Shown: positions 1 through 8,941 of the stretch, one piece after another
How the letters are laid out: the number at the start of each line of letters is the position of its first letter
Numbering within the stretch: the first letter of the stretch is position 1
Source of the DNA: Myxococcota bacterium
GTDB lineage: Bacteria > Myxococcota_A > UBA796 > GCA-2862545
Length of the DNA stretch: 36,074 bases
Direction of reading: 5' to 3'
Assembly: GCA_039208735.1 (NCBI GenBank)
Contig: JBCCQY010000092.1
Location: 1 to 36,074, forward strand
Translations under genes and position numbers: made by a program
Notes under the pieces: model-generated
The model's database searches: none
Told to the model about the DNA's origin: nothing
The model's input: only the letters and a program-made list of their open reading frames with translations

Positions 1-304
1 CTCCCACGAACCACACGCGTTTGAGGAGGAGGTCCAAAGGAATCGCAAAGCCCTCGGCCTCGCCCGCGCCGAAGAGACCCTGGACCGCCACTTCGACGAC
101 CACCCGCTTCGAGATGGGACGTTCCGCAATCAAACCCAGGCCGAGCCACGACGTCGTCCGCTCCTCGTTGAACGCCACCAGGTCGATGAGTTTGACACCG
201 AAAGCGCGGTGGCTCTCCCGCTCGTGTGGAGCCTCTCCGTGTTCCGAAACCGTTGGCTCACCCTCGGCAAGTGCGAGGGAGACAAGACCGAGCCCAAGAA
301 TCAT
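1..304 (-). CDS. Partial (runs off window) exported hypothetical protein, possibly outer-membrane beta-barrel type
   Basis: Not in the ORF track. ATG at 304 is preceded by GGGAGG and the frame is open to base 1: MILGLGLVSLALAEGEPTVSEHGEAPHERESHRAFGVKLIDLVAF...WLGLGLIAERPISKRVVVEVAVQGLFG...FAIPLDLLLKRVWFVG. Signal-peptide-like start and alternating beta-strand pattern. Confidence 0.65.
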   Translation of the reverse strand, partial: MILGLGLVSLALAEGEPTVSEHGEAPHERESHRAFGVKLIDLVAFNEERTTSWLGLGLIAERPISKRVVVEVAVQGLFGAGEAEGFAIPLDLLLKRVWFVG

Positions 305-346
305 CCGCGACCTCCCATCGCCTTGACGGTTGGCTGGCGGCGAAGG

Positions 347-973
347 TTACACGCGCTTGCGCTTCGCTTGGTCCGTGAGGGCTTCGACCTCGGCGAGAAC
401 GGCTGGGGCTCGGTCTCGATGGGCTCCCCACATGCGGATCCCTTGCTCGATCGCAGGCCCGAGCGTCGCCAGCACCTCTGGGCTGAACTTGCCAAGGATC
501 CAGGGGCGCGCGTTCGCCTTGGCCAGCGAGATCCGGAGCTTCCCGTCGTCAAGGGGCTCAAACGAACGGACTTCGCGCCACGAGAGCCGAGTGATGGTGG
601 TCATAGGCCACGACCAAATCCCTTCAAACTCCACCTCGTGGGGCATCCCACTCTCCAGCAGGCCAACGGTGATGCCTTCGCGATCGAGCTTCACGGCGTA
701 GGAAGGCCCGATGTAGCTCGCAACGATCCCTGCCGAAATCGCAACGCCCAACAGGGTCAGGGCCAAGAACTGCTCCCCGGTCAGTTCCCCCGTGACCACC
801 AGCCCCACCACCATGACGGCGAGGACCCCGGCCACCACGCCGATCAGCTGTCGTTCAGGGCCTCCCTTGGACGCCGTCTTGAGCAGCCAGACCTGCCGTT
901 CCCAGGCCGATTCATGAAGTACCAATTGCCAATCTGGCGGCAATAGGCTCGGAATGGAGGGGTCGAATTTCAT
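347..973 (-). CDS. Hypothetical membrane protein (two TM helices followed by a small beta-rich domain)
   Basis: 208-aa ORF with two hydrophobic segments (LIGVVAGVLAVMVVGLVVT, FLALTLLGVAISAGIVASYI); co-oriented with the downstream partial gene. Confidence 0.6.
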   Translation of the reverse strand: MKFDPSIPSLLPPDWQLVLHESAWERQVWLLKTASKGGPERQLIGVVAGVLAVMVVGLVVTGELTGEQFLALTLLGVAISAGIVASYIGPSYAVKLDREGITVGLLESGMPHEVEFEGIWSWPMTTITRLSWREVRSFEPLDDGKLRISLAKANARPWILGKFSPEVLATLGPAIEQGIRMWGAHRDRAPAVLAEVEALTDQAKRKRV

Positions 974-1102
974 GGGGAACCTTGAGCTTGAAACAGCATA
1001 GGCCCTCGCTGTAATGCGGGCTTGCTCAGTTTTTGACCAGGCTGGCTCGAAGCCGAGGGGCCAGAGGGGTACGGAGCCTCACGTCCCGTCAGGAGGTCGA
1101 AC

Positions 1103-2341
1103 ATGCGGCGCGTCGCCCTGGTCGCAGGCCAGCGTACTCCTTTTGTCAAGGCCCTCACCCACTTCAAGGAGATCGAGGCCGTCGATCTCGCGAGCCATGC
1201 CGTCAACGGTTTGCTCGACAAGACTGGACTCGACGCGGAGCGCGTCCAAGAGCTTCAGCTCGGCGTGGTCGTGGTGGATCCCCGGGTGCCCCATCTTGGT
1301 CGCGAGGTCGTGTTCCGATCCCGCCTGCCCGCGTCCACCCGCGGCGTCACGGTGACCGACAACTGCATCACCGGCACCACCACGATGATGGCCCTGGCAG
1401 ATCAAATCACGCTGGGCCGTCTCGACATCGGGATCGCAGCCGGCGTGGAAAGCATGTCGAATACGGCCATCATGGTCTCACCGCGCCTCGCCCATGCCCT
1501 CCGAGACAGCCAGGCAGAGCGTTCGACGCGGGGCAAGCTGACCTCCTTTTCCCAGATCCGGCCCAAAGATCTGTTGCCAAGCACCCCGGGCGTCGAAGAA
1601 CCCTCGACGGGGATGTCAATGGGGGAGCACTGTGAGATCATGGCGAAGACCTGGTAGATCCCGCGGGAAGCACAGGATGAACTCGCCCTCCGATCGCACC
1701 ATCGGGCTCATGCGGCCACCGAAGACGGTCGCCTCACGGCCGAGATCGTGGCCGTCGAGGGCATCGAGCGCGACATGATCGTTCGCCCCACCACCTCGCT
1801 CGAGAAGCTCGCGAAGCTCAAGCCGGTGTTCGATCCCGAAAACGGAACCTTGACCGCCGGTAACAGCTCACCACTGACCGATGGAGCAGCGGCCTTGTTG
1901 CTCATGTCAGAGGAGCGGGCCAAGGCGGATGGCTATGAGCCGCTCGCCTTCATCAAGGACGTCGAGCAGGCGGCCATTCATCCCGACGATGGCCTCTTGA
2001 TGGCCCCTGGCGTCGCCGTGCCGCGCTTGCTTCGCCGAAATGGCCTTTCCCTGGATGACATTGGCGTCATCGAAATCCACGAGGCGTTCGGGGCCCAGGT
2101 TCTCTGCAACCTCGCCGCCTGGGAGAAGGGCTGGAAGGAAGAGGCGATCGGCACTATCCCAACGGATCGTCTCAACGTGACGGGCGGCTCCATTGCCATT
2201 GGCCACCCCTTCGCGGCCACCGGCATTCGAATCGCCACGACGGTGGCTAACGAAATGAAGCGGCAAAGCGCCCGCTACGGGCTCATCAGCATCTGTGCTG
2301 CGGGCGCCCAGGGCACCGCGATGCTGCTCGAGCGTGCGTAG
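1103..2341 (+). pseudogene. fadI: Acetyl-CoA C-acyltransferase (FadI/TFE-beta-like thiolase) interrupted by one in-frame TAG at 1655-1657; pseudogene, sequence error or read-through
   Basis: ORFs 1103-1657 and 1748-2341 share a frame and join as ...EIMAKTW*IPREAQDELALRSHHRA.... AGGAGG RBS; motifs RTPF, DNCITGT (catalytic Cys), GVESMS, TAGNSSPLTDGAAA, HEAF, GHPFAATG, CAAG. HEAF is typical of the FadI/TFE-beta subclass. Confidence 0.85.
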
Positions 2342-2344
2342 GCA

Positions 2345-3715
2345 GTGGCTGAGCTCTCACCTCAGGCTCGACGCACCATCACCGTTTCTGGTTTGGTCGC
2401 CATCTTTGTGGTGATCTTCAGTATTCCAGCCTTCGTTTTCGGCTACACGGGCACCGGAATCCTAGACCTGGGCTTTGCCACCCTGTACCTGGTGCCCATC
2501 CTGGTCACCCGGGTCACGCGGAGGGGCTGGGTCGGGGCCCAACTTCTGTGCGCCTTCGGACTGACGCACATCGGGTTCGCCGTCGTCATGACCGGCGGGG
2601 TGCCTGGGCTTGCCACCGTCACCGTGCTTCTGCTGCCCGTGGCTGCGACCCTCACCATGGGCTCGCGAACGGGTTGGGTGTGGTTGGCCATCGGAATCGC
2701 CATGCTTACCGCCTTGAATGCCACAAACACCGTCGTCGTCGACGGCATCCCGCTTCGCCCCATCGATCGCGGCTGGGCGATGCTCGTGATGCTCGCGACC
2801 ACCGGGGCGTTGATTCAGGCGGCGGTGACCTCGTTTTCCAACCAGCGACGACAAGCCCAGCGGGAACTTGCTCACACCCTTCAAGATCTGGAGCGGAGGG
2901 TGGTCGCTCGCACCATCGAACTCGAGGTGGAGGTCGAGCAACGCCGGCTTGCCGAAGAACGCGCAGCTCAGGCCAATCATGCAAAGACCTCGTTTCTCAT
3001 GAACATGAGCCATGAACTGCGCACCCCACTCAATGCAATTCAAGGCTACGCCGAGCTGGTGTCCGAGGAACTTGCAGATCTCGGAAGCGGGCCGGCCCAG
3101 TTCACCCAAGACCTCTCGCAAATCACGGGCGCATCGAGGCATTTACTCTCGCTTATCGACAATATTCTCGAATACGCTCGGCTCGAAGAGGGCCAGCTGA
3201 CCCTCGAATCCCAATTGGTCGATGTCGCCGCACTCCTCGACGACACCGCACGCATGATGCAGCCCGTGCTCGTGACGCGGAACAATGAACTGGTACTCGA
3301 TGTCGTTCCGCCCGAAGAGGGCGACATCATGGTGTGGGGCGACGCCGGATGGGTCAGACAGATCCTCATCAACCTGGTGTCGAACGCCCACAAGTTCACC
3401 GAAGACGGGCTCATCACCCTGCACGCTCACACGGAAGGGGACCGGACCGTCCTTTCCGTGACCGACGAAGGACCAGGCATCGAGCCCGAATTGGCCTCTC
3501 GAATCTTCGACCGCTTCACCCGCGGTGAAGGGGACCAAGCCCCTGGAACCGGCTTGGGTCTGGCGATTAGCCGCGATCTGGCTCGCCGCATGAAAGGCAC
3601 CCTCTCCGTGACGTCGACGGTAGGAGAGGGGAGCACCTTCTCGCTCGAAATGCCCTGTGAGCCCGGGGCGGACGAGGAACGCACCCTCGTCACCGCCAAC
3701 GAGCTGACCTCATAG
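2345..3715 (+). CDS. Membrane-bound sensor histidine kinase (no receiver domain)
   Basis: About 5-6 N-terminal TM helices, a coiled coil, H-box FLMNMSHELRTPLNAI, N-box QILINLVSNAHKFT, G1 DEGPGI, F-box IFDRF, G2 GTGLGLAI. Confidence 0.92.
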   Translation: MAELSPQARRTITVSGLVAIFVVIFSIPAFVFGYTGTGILDLGFATLYLVPILVTRVTRRGWVGAQLLCAFGLTHIGFAVVMTGGVPGLATVTVLLLPVAATLTMGSRTGWVWLAIGIAMLTALNATNTVVVDGIPLRPIDRGWAMLVMLATTGALIQAAVTSFSNQRRQAQRELAHTLQDLERRVVARTIELEVEVEQRRLAEERAAQANHAKTSFLMNMSHELRTPLNAIQGYAELVSEELADLGSGPAQFTQDLSQITGASRHLLSLIDNILEYARLEEGQLTLESQLVDVAALLDDTARMMQPVLVTRNNELVLDVVPPEEGDIMVWGDAGWVRQILINLVSNAHKFTEDGLITLHAHTEGDRTVLSVTDEGPGIEPELASRIFDRFTRGEGDQAPGTGLGLAISRDLARRMKGTLSVTSTVGEGSTFSLEMPCEPGADEERTLVTANELTS

Positions 3716-5692
3716 TTCGCAGAACGCCTCGGCGGCCGCCGCATCTTCTCCGGCCTCACAGCCTGAGGCATCGGGGAATTCACAGGTTCCATCTGGGCAG
3801 TAGTTGGTTCCCGTGCCGAGGCGGAAGAATTCGTCCAGCTGGAGCCGGGCCTCATCGAGGCGGCGCACCTTGCTGTGCGGATCTTCGCAGAGGTACATCG
3901 GAACACCGCAATCCGGAACTTCGGGCAACCCAAACGCGTACTCGGTGTAGAAGGACCCGGATGAGGTCTCGGTTACCTGCGTCAATCCATAGATGTCGCG
4001 AAGATTGGTCGTGAGGTGCGGCACGTTCATGGTGCGCGCCATGATGTGGCCGCCCAGCGTGGGTACCTGGTGGTCACCGATCGCCACCCGCATCAGCACT
4101 TCCTTGGGCGAACTGCCAGGCAGCGGATCTGCAGTCACGTGGTGGCTGTAGCCGGTCGGTTCGACGCGGTCCCAAGGCATCTGCGTCAGCGCCACGAGCA
4201 GCTGCTGTTGGCGAAGGTCCGACCACGTCACCGCAATGATGTCGAGAAACCGGTCAAAGTCCACACTCCGCATGAGCAACAGGCTGTAGGGCTGGCCCGT
4301 GACCCCAAGGGCCCCTCGCTCCACATCCTGCGACAACGCGAGGTAGACCGAACCCGAGATGCCTCCTTGGCTGATACCCAGGTAGTACCCCTCATCCCCA
4401 TTGATGTAGGCCCCATAGGTCGCATCGGCCGCAAACGACGTCTTCATCATGCGCATGCTCACGAGGGAGTTCAGGAACCCCTGGTGGAGCCGGTCGAACA
4501 TCGTGCGAAGGCCCGCGAAGTCCGACAGGTAGAGGGTTGCGCCGACCGCGGTTTGGTCGTCCGACGACATGCCCTGCAGATCCACCCCGAAGATCACGTA
4601 GTTGTAGGTGTTGATGAAGGTTCGGAAGTGTTCGGATTCGATTTGCGTGCGGCTGCCGAACAGTCCGTGCCCGTATTGCAAGATGGGCGCTGGACTCTTG
4701 AGCGCGCTTTGGGGAATCAACACCTCGAACGGCACCGCCGCCAACGGGGTTTCTGCGTTGATCTCGGGCAGTCCGTCCTCACCAAACAACAACACCGAGT
4801 TCGCGCCGTCGGTCGTCATGTACAGCGGGACCTGAACCGTTCCCTGAATGCGAAACGCGATGTTGTCGGGGTCAAAGTCCGTATCGACCGTATCGATGGT
4901 GTAGTCCGGACCCGACCCGACCTGGGCCATCGCCTCATCACGCATGTGCAACAGCCATGCGGTGTTGTTCTCGTCGCTTGCCGTCGAGAAGTCCCATGCC
5001 TGCTGCAGCTCCTCGCGCGCCCATCCCGCAGCTTCGATCTGCGCGAACAGGTCCTCGTAGAGCCCCCGACGGCCCTCGATCGACTCGTCATCGAAGGCGG
5101 TGTCGTCGCGAAGCGCGGCGAAGGCCGGCGACGGCTCGATCACCGTCCCCGTTTCGTCGACCACGCCGCGGATGGCCACGATGTACCGCCGATCGTTCTC
5201 GAGGCGAACGACCGGCCGGATTTGAAACGATCGCTCTTCGACGGACGGGGCGCGAACGTCCACTTCCGCGAAGTGAGGAATCTTCTCGCCCGTTTCGGCA
5301 TCGAGCACGAGGGTGAGCGCATCGTCATCGAGCGAGGCGGCGAGGTTGGTGGAAGAGGCAAGGCCCGTCGACACGGCCCCCATCAGCTGGGTGAGGATCG
5401 GCGTGCCGGGCGAGAAGCCGTCGCTGTCATCCCAAGGACCGCTGTCGTTGCCCTGCAGCAGGCCCTTGCCAAACGAGACCCGGCGCCCGGTTGGCGTGGA
5501 GGGATCGTCAACGGTGTAGACGTTCGACGGAAATGGAAAGCCACAAAACTCGGGTACCAAGGGGTCACAGTCGACCAAAGGATAGGTCAGTCCAGTCTCC
5601 TCGGGAGCCGTTGGCGGGTCATCGACGACCTGTTCCGACCCCGTACACCCCGTCACGAGCGACGCCATAGCTGCGAACAACGCCCACTTCAT
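3710..5692 (-). CDS. Lipoprotein with C-terminal alpha/beta-hydrolase (lipase/esterase-like) domain
   Basis: Preferred start ATG 5692 after GGAGG (ORF track extends to 5809). Lipobox MKWALFAAMASLVTG|C; HGLFG oxyanion motif, GISQGG nucleophile elbow, candidate Asp (GDHQV) and His (EDPHS); Cys-rich C-terminus. Confidence 0.75.
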   Translation of the reverse strand: MKWALFAAMASLVTGCTGSEQVVDDPPTAPEETGLTYPLVDCDPLVPEFCGFPFPSNVYTVDDPSTPTGRRVSFGKGLLQGNDSGPWDDSDGFSPGTPILTQLMGAVSTGLASSTNLAASLDDDALTLVLDAETGEKIPHFAEVDVRAPSVEERSFQIRPVVRLENDRRYIVAIRGVVDETGTVIEPSPAFAALRDDTAFDDESIEGRRGLYEDLFAQIEAAGWAREELQQAWDFSTASDENNTAWLLHMRDEAMAQVGSGPDYTIDTVDTDFDPDNIAFRIQGTVQVPLYMTTDGANSVLLFGEDGLPEINAETPLAAVPFEVLIPQSALKSPAPILQYGHGLFGSRTQIESEHFRTFINTYNYVIFGVDLQGMSSDDQTAVGATLYLSDFAGLRTMFDRLHQGFLNSLVSMRMMKTSFAADATYGAYINGDEGYYLGISQGGISGSVYLALSQDVERGALGVTGQPYSLLLMRSVDFDRFLDIIAVTWSDLRQQQLLVALTQMPWDRVEPTGYSHHVTADPLPGSSPKEVLMRVAIGDHQVPTLGGHIMARTMNVPHLTTNLRDIYGLTQVTETSSGSFYTEYAFGLPEVPDCGVPMYLCEDPHSKVRRLDEARLQLDEFFRLGTGTNYCPDGTCEFPDASGCEAGEDAAAAEAFCEL

Positions 5693-5763
5693 GGAACCTC
5701 CATTCAAAGCGAACGCCGATCGTACCATTTGGACCCAAATGAGCAGAGTGGGTAGGTGGAGCC

Positions 5764-6750
5764 ATGGCTTCGACGTCTTTTGGTGGAGCGCAGCTAGTGA
5801 TGATGGCACTCGTCGGCTGTGCGCCGCTCGAGGTTCCCATCGACGACCGAACCACAGAACCGCTCGAGGTGCTTCCCCCCGAGGTGGAGGACCGCTTGAG
5901 CCAGTATCTGATCGGCGCGAACCTTCCGTGGATCAACTACGGTCACGACTTTGGGAGGGCTTGGGGCAACAACGGCGTCCGTAGCCCCGCGTCACGCGCC
6001 CAGCTCGAGGCCGACTTCGACGCCATGTTGGGGGCGGATGTGGTGCGTTGGTTCGTTTATTCGGATGGCCGCGCCCTCGATACGAGCACCCCTGAAGAGA
6101 TCCTCGCCGACCTCGATGCTGCGCTCGAGATTGCAGATGCCCGAGGCATCCAGCTCATGCCGGTGCTCTTCGACTTTTTCTGGTTCGACGAAGCGTCGAT
6201 CGTCGACGGCATTCAGTTGTTTGGGCGCCGAGAGATCGCCGTCGATCCTGACTTGCGACGCGACCTTATCGACACCTGGATCGTGCCCATCGCCGAACGC
6301 TACGCGGACGATGAGCGGATCTTCGCGTTCGACATCATCAACGAACCGGAATGGGCGTTGTCGGACGGCCTGCACGGCGCGGTGGCCAAAGAGACTGTGA
6401 CGCTGCAGCAGATGTGGGACTTCGTGTTCGATGTGGCCGAGCCCTTGCGCGGCGGCCGCCCGTTGACCGTGGGGAGCGCCAAAGCCAAAGATCTAGAGGC
6501 CATCTGGCTCAACGCCCCTCTCGACATCCTTCAAGTCCACCATTACGGCCTCGGCGGCCTCCCCTCGGTCGAAGCGTTGGGCACCGACAAGCCTGTCCTG
6601 GTGGGGGAATTCGCCACGGATGGCACGAACGTGCGTTCGCGGATGGAGACCTACGAAGAGCTCGGCTATGCCGGCGCTTTGCCGTGGAGCCTGAATGGCG
6701 ATGACCGGGCCACGGATCGGCAGGCCCTTGCCGACTACTTTGGGAATTAA
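5764..6750 (+). CDS. Glycoside hydrolase family 5-like (clan GH-A) lipoprotein
   Basis: Lipobox ALVG|C; GANLPWINYGHDFG; VVRWFV; acid/base motif FDIINEPE; QVHHY; nucleophile motif PVLVGEF; GALPWS. Confidence 0.8.
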   Translation: MASTSFGGAQLVMMALVGCAPLEVPIDDRTTEPLEVLPPEVEDRLSQYLIGANLPWINYGHDFGRAWGNNGVRSPASRAQLEADFDAMLGADVVRWFVYSDGRALDTSTPEEILADLDAALEIADARGIQLMPVLFDFFWFDEASIVDGIQLFGRREIAVDPDLRRDLIDTWIVPIAERYADDERIFAFDIINEPEWALSDGLHGAVAKETVTLQQMWDFVFDVAEPLRGGRPLTVGSAKAKDLEAIWLNAPLDILQVHHYGLGGLPSVEALGTDKPVLVGEFATDGTNVRSRMETYEELGYAGALPWSLNGDDRATDRQALADYFGN

Positions 6751-6901
6751 AACGCAAGCCCAACGCCACTGAAGGTTGCGTCAACCTCTCGATTCTGCCT
6801 TCAAACGCTAACTCTCGAGTCATGCAAAACTGCAACCGTGCTGTGCAGAGGTTCGAGGTGCCAAGCGTTTCTGCACTGACCATGATTCTCATGTAAGCAA
6901 C

Positions 6902-7930
6902 ATGGAGATCATGATGTCGGCCCTTCCGCTCCCTACCACTCAGTCCGCGATTCGTTTCCACGCATTCGGCACCCCGGACGTGCTCGCGCATGAGACGGAA
7001 CTCCCCCTCCCAACGCCGGGTCCGGGAGAGGTGCGGATTCGCGTGGAGGCGAGCTGCGTTCAGTTCACCGACACCCTCATTCGCATGGGTCGGTACCCTG
7101 ACCTTCGGGACCCCCCTCCCGTGACCCCGGGCTACGACGTCGTGGGCCGCGTGGACGCCCTCGGTGAAGGGGTCACCAACGTAGCGGTCGGGGACCGGGT
7201 GGCCGATCTGACCATGATTGGCAGTCACGCACAGTTTACGATTCGCCCCGCCGCGGGATTGGTGCCCGTACCCGAGTCGGTCGACGCTGCCGAAGCCTCT
7301 ACGCTGATTTTGTCCTGGTTGACCGCGCAGCAGGCCTTGTTTCGCGCAGGAGAACTGAAACCCCATCAGCGCGTCCTCATCACCGGGGGAAATGGCGCGG
7401 TCGGTCAAGCCGCGATTGTCCTTGCCAAGCAAGCGGGAGCCGAGGTCTTCGCCACCGCGGGAACGCGTCACCACGCGCTGTTGCGCGAACTTGGGGCCAC
7501 CCCCTTGCCCCGGGAGGATTGGCTACCCTCCGTACGAGGAACCATGGATGTGGTCTTGGACGGCATCGCGGCGGATCGCTTCCGTTCCCCTTTCGCGGCC
7601 CTCAAGCGCGGCGGGCGCCTCGTGGCGATTGGGACCACGGCCCTTGCATCGGGGCCGCTCTTCCGCATCATCGCCGCCGCGGTCACCTTCGTCTGGCTGA
7701 TGGTCGCGCCCAATGGTCGGAAAGCTCGATTTTACTCCATCACCGCCCACCGCAAGCGGCATCCCGAAGCGTTCCGCACAGACCTCGCCGCGCTGATGAA
7801 CCTATTGGCCAACGGCCAAATCCGGCCCCACGTGGCGCGGCGCATCCGCTTCGACGAGGTCGCCCAAGCCCATCGTGACCTCGAGGCCGGAGGACTGACC
7901 GGCAAGATCGTTCTCCTGCCGAAGTCGTAG
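6902..7930 (+). CDS. Medium-chain dehydrogenase/reductase (zinc-independent, quinone oxidoreductase-like)
   Basis: PGPGEVRIRVEA, TPGYDVVGRV, Rossmann motif ITGGNGAVG, C-terminal AHRDLEAGGLTGKIVL; no catalytic Zn ligands. The start may be one of the later Met codons. Confidence 0.9.
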   Translation: MEIMMSALPLPTTQSAIRFHAFGTPDVLAHETELPLPTPGPGEVRIRVEASCVQFTDTLIRMGRYPDLRDPPPVTPGYDVVGRVDALGEGVTNVAVGDRVADLTMIGSHAQFTIRPAAGLVPVPESVDAAEASTLILSWLTAQQALFRAGELKPHQRVLITGGNGAVGQAAIVLAKQAGAEVFATAGTRHHALLRELGATPLPREDWLPSVRGTMDVVLDGIAADRFRSPFAALKRGGRLVAIGTTALASGPLFRIIAAAVTFVWLMVAPNGRKARFYSITAHRKRHPEAFRTDLAALMNLLANGQIRPHVARRIRFDEVAQAHRDLEAGGLTGKIVLLPKS

Positions 7931-7933
7931 GGC

Positions 7934-8941
7934 CTACTTTGGCGCCATCGCCTTTTTGGGCTTGCGATCGACCCCGTAAAGGCCCCAGTGCTTTTCGACC
8001 TCACGCGGGTCGGCACTGCCCTTCCACGGCTCATCGAAGGCTTCGAAATAGAAATGCGGGATTCGCTTTTCGCTGGTCCATGCCTTGAACGCTTCGTGGA
8101 ACTGCAGCTGCTCGGCCTCCCCGGCCGGCGCCTTGATGTGGTTGCGCTCATTGCCTTCTGGATTCAGCTCGGTGGCCCAACCGGTCTCGCCGATCACGAT
8201 GGGATGATCGGGATGTTCGGCCTGAATGCCCGCATAGATCTCGGAGGTCCAAGGGATCGCCTCGTCGAGCTGCTTGCCGTTCCACATCGCGTAGGCGTGA
8301 AGCAGCACGAAGTCGACCACATCCGCCACCTCGTGACTTTCCGGCTTGTTCCAGAAATTGTAGTCGTCGGCGGTCGTGATGGGCTGCTTGACCGCCTCGC
8401 GAACCCGCTTGATGTAGCCGATGAGGCGTTGCCGGTCCGAGCGGTGGGCTGACCAATCCACTTGCGTCTCGTTGCCCACCGAAACGGCTGTGACCTGCTC
8501 GGGGTACGCGTTGGCCAACTGAATCAGCGTCGTGACCTCGCGTTCGTTCGCTTCGAGGTTGTCGGGGTCAATCCAGGCTCCGACCATGACGACCAGCGGA
8601 AGCTGTTCATCACGGACGATCTTCAGGATCGTCTCGGTGGGTTCTTCCGACGCATACATCCGAATCATTGACCAATGGTCGTCGATGATCCGTAGATCTT
8701 CGGCGATCTGCTCAGCGCTCGGCAAGGGTCCTCCGGGCTTATGGCCCTCGCGGAATGGGCCATAGGAGATGCCCTTGAAGACCGATTCGCCATTGACCGT
8801 GGGTGCGAACGCCCGTCGTTCCATCGCCTTGGGTGCAGCCGGGGCGGAAGCCTCGGGCACAGGCGTGGCCACCGGTTCGCTCGACTTCGTACAGCCGTTC
8901 GTTCCCATCCATCCGAAGCTCAACCAGACGACCACCATCAC
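7934..8941 (-). CDS. GH17 beta-1,3-glucanase/glucosidase, probably exported or lipid-anchored
   Basis: True start is probably GTG 8941 or ATG 8938, overlapping the GH149 stop (ORF-track start at 9220 lies inside GH149). Hydrophobic N-terminus ending in TNG|C, Pro/Ala linker, GISYGPFR, IRMY, SVGNE, IGETGW, FEAFDEPWK, EKHWGL. Confidence 0.88.
   Translation of the reverse strand: MMVVVWLSFGWMGTNGCTKSSEPVATPVPEASAPAAPKAMERRAFAPTVNGESVFKGISYGPFREGHKPGGPLPSAEQIAEDLRIIDDHWSMIRMYASEEPTETILKIVRDEQLPLVVMVGAWIDPDNLEANEREVTTLIQLANAYPEQVTAVSVGNETQVDWSAHRSDRQRLIGYIKRVREAVKQPITTADDYNFWNKPESHEVADVVDFVLLHAYAMWNGKQLDEAIPWTSEIYAGIQAEHPDHPIVIGETGWATELNPEGNERNHIKAPAGEAEQLQFHEAFKAWTSEKRIPHFYFEAFDEPWKGSADPREVEKHWGLYGVDRKPKKAMAPK

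Noticed and set aside
1655..1657. Genome-wide TAG reassignment or pyrrolysine coding
   Set aside because: TAG ends many genes at their expected C-termini (e.g. 2341, 3715, 7930, 7934, 13279, 14200, 35697), and no pyl genes or suppressor tRNA are in the window.
6773..6787. AGGTTG-cgt-CAACCT hairpin after the GH5 gene as a terminator
   Set aside because: Only a 6-bp stem with no U-tract; too weak to call.
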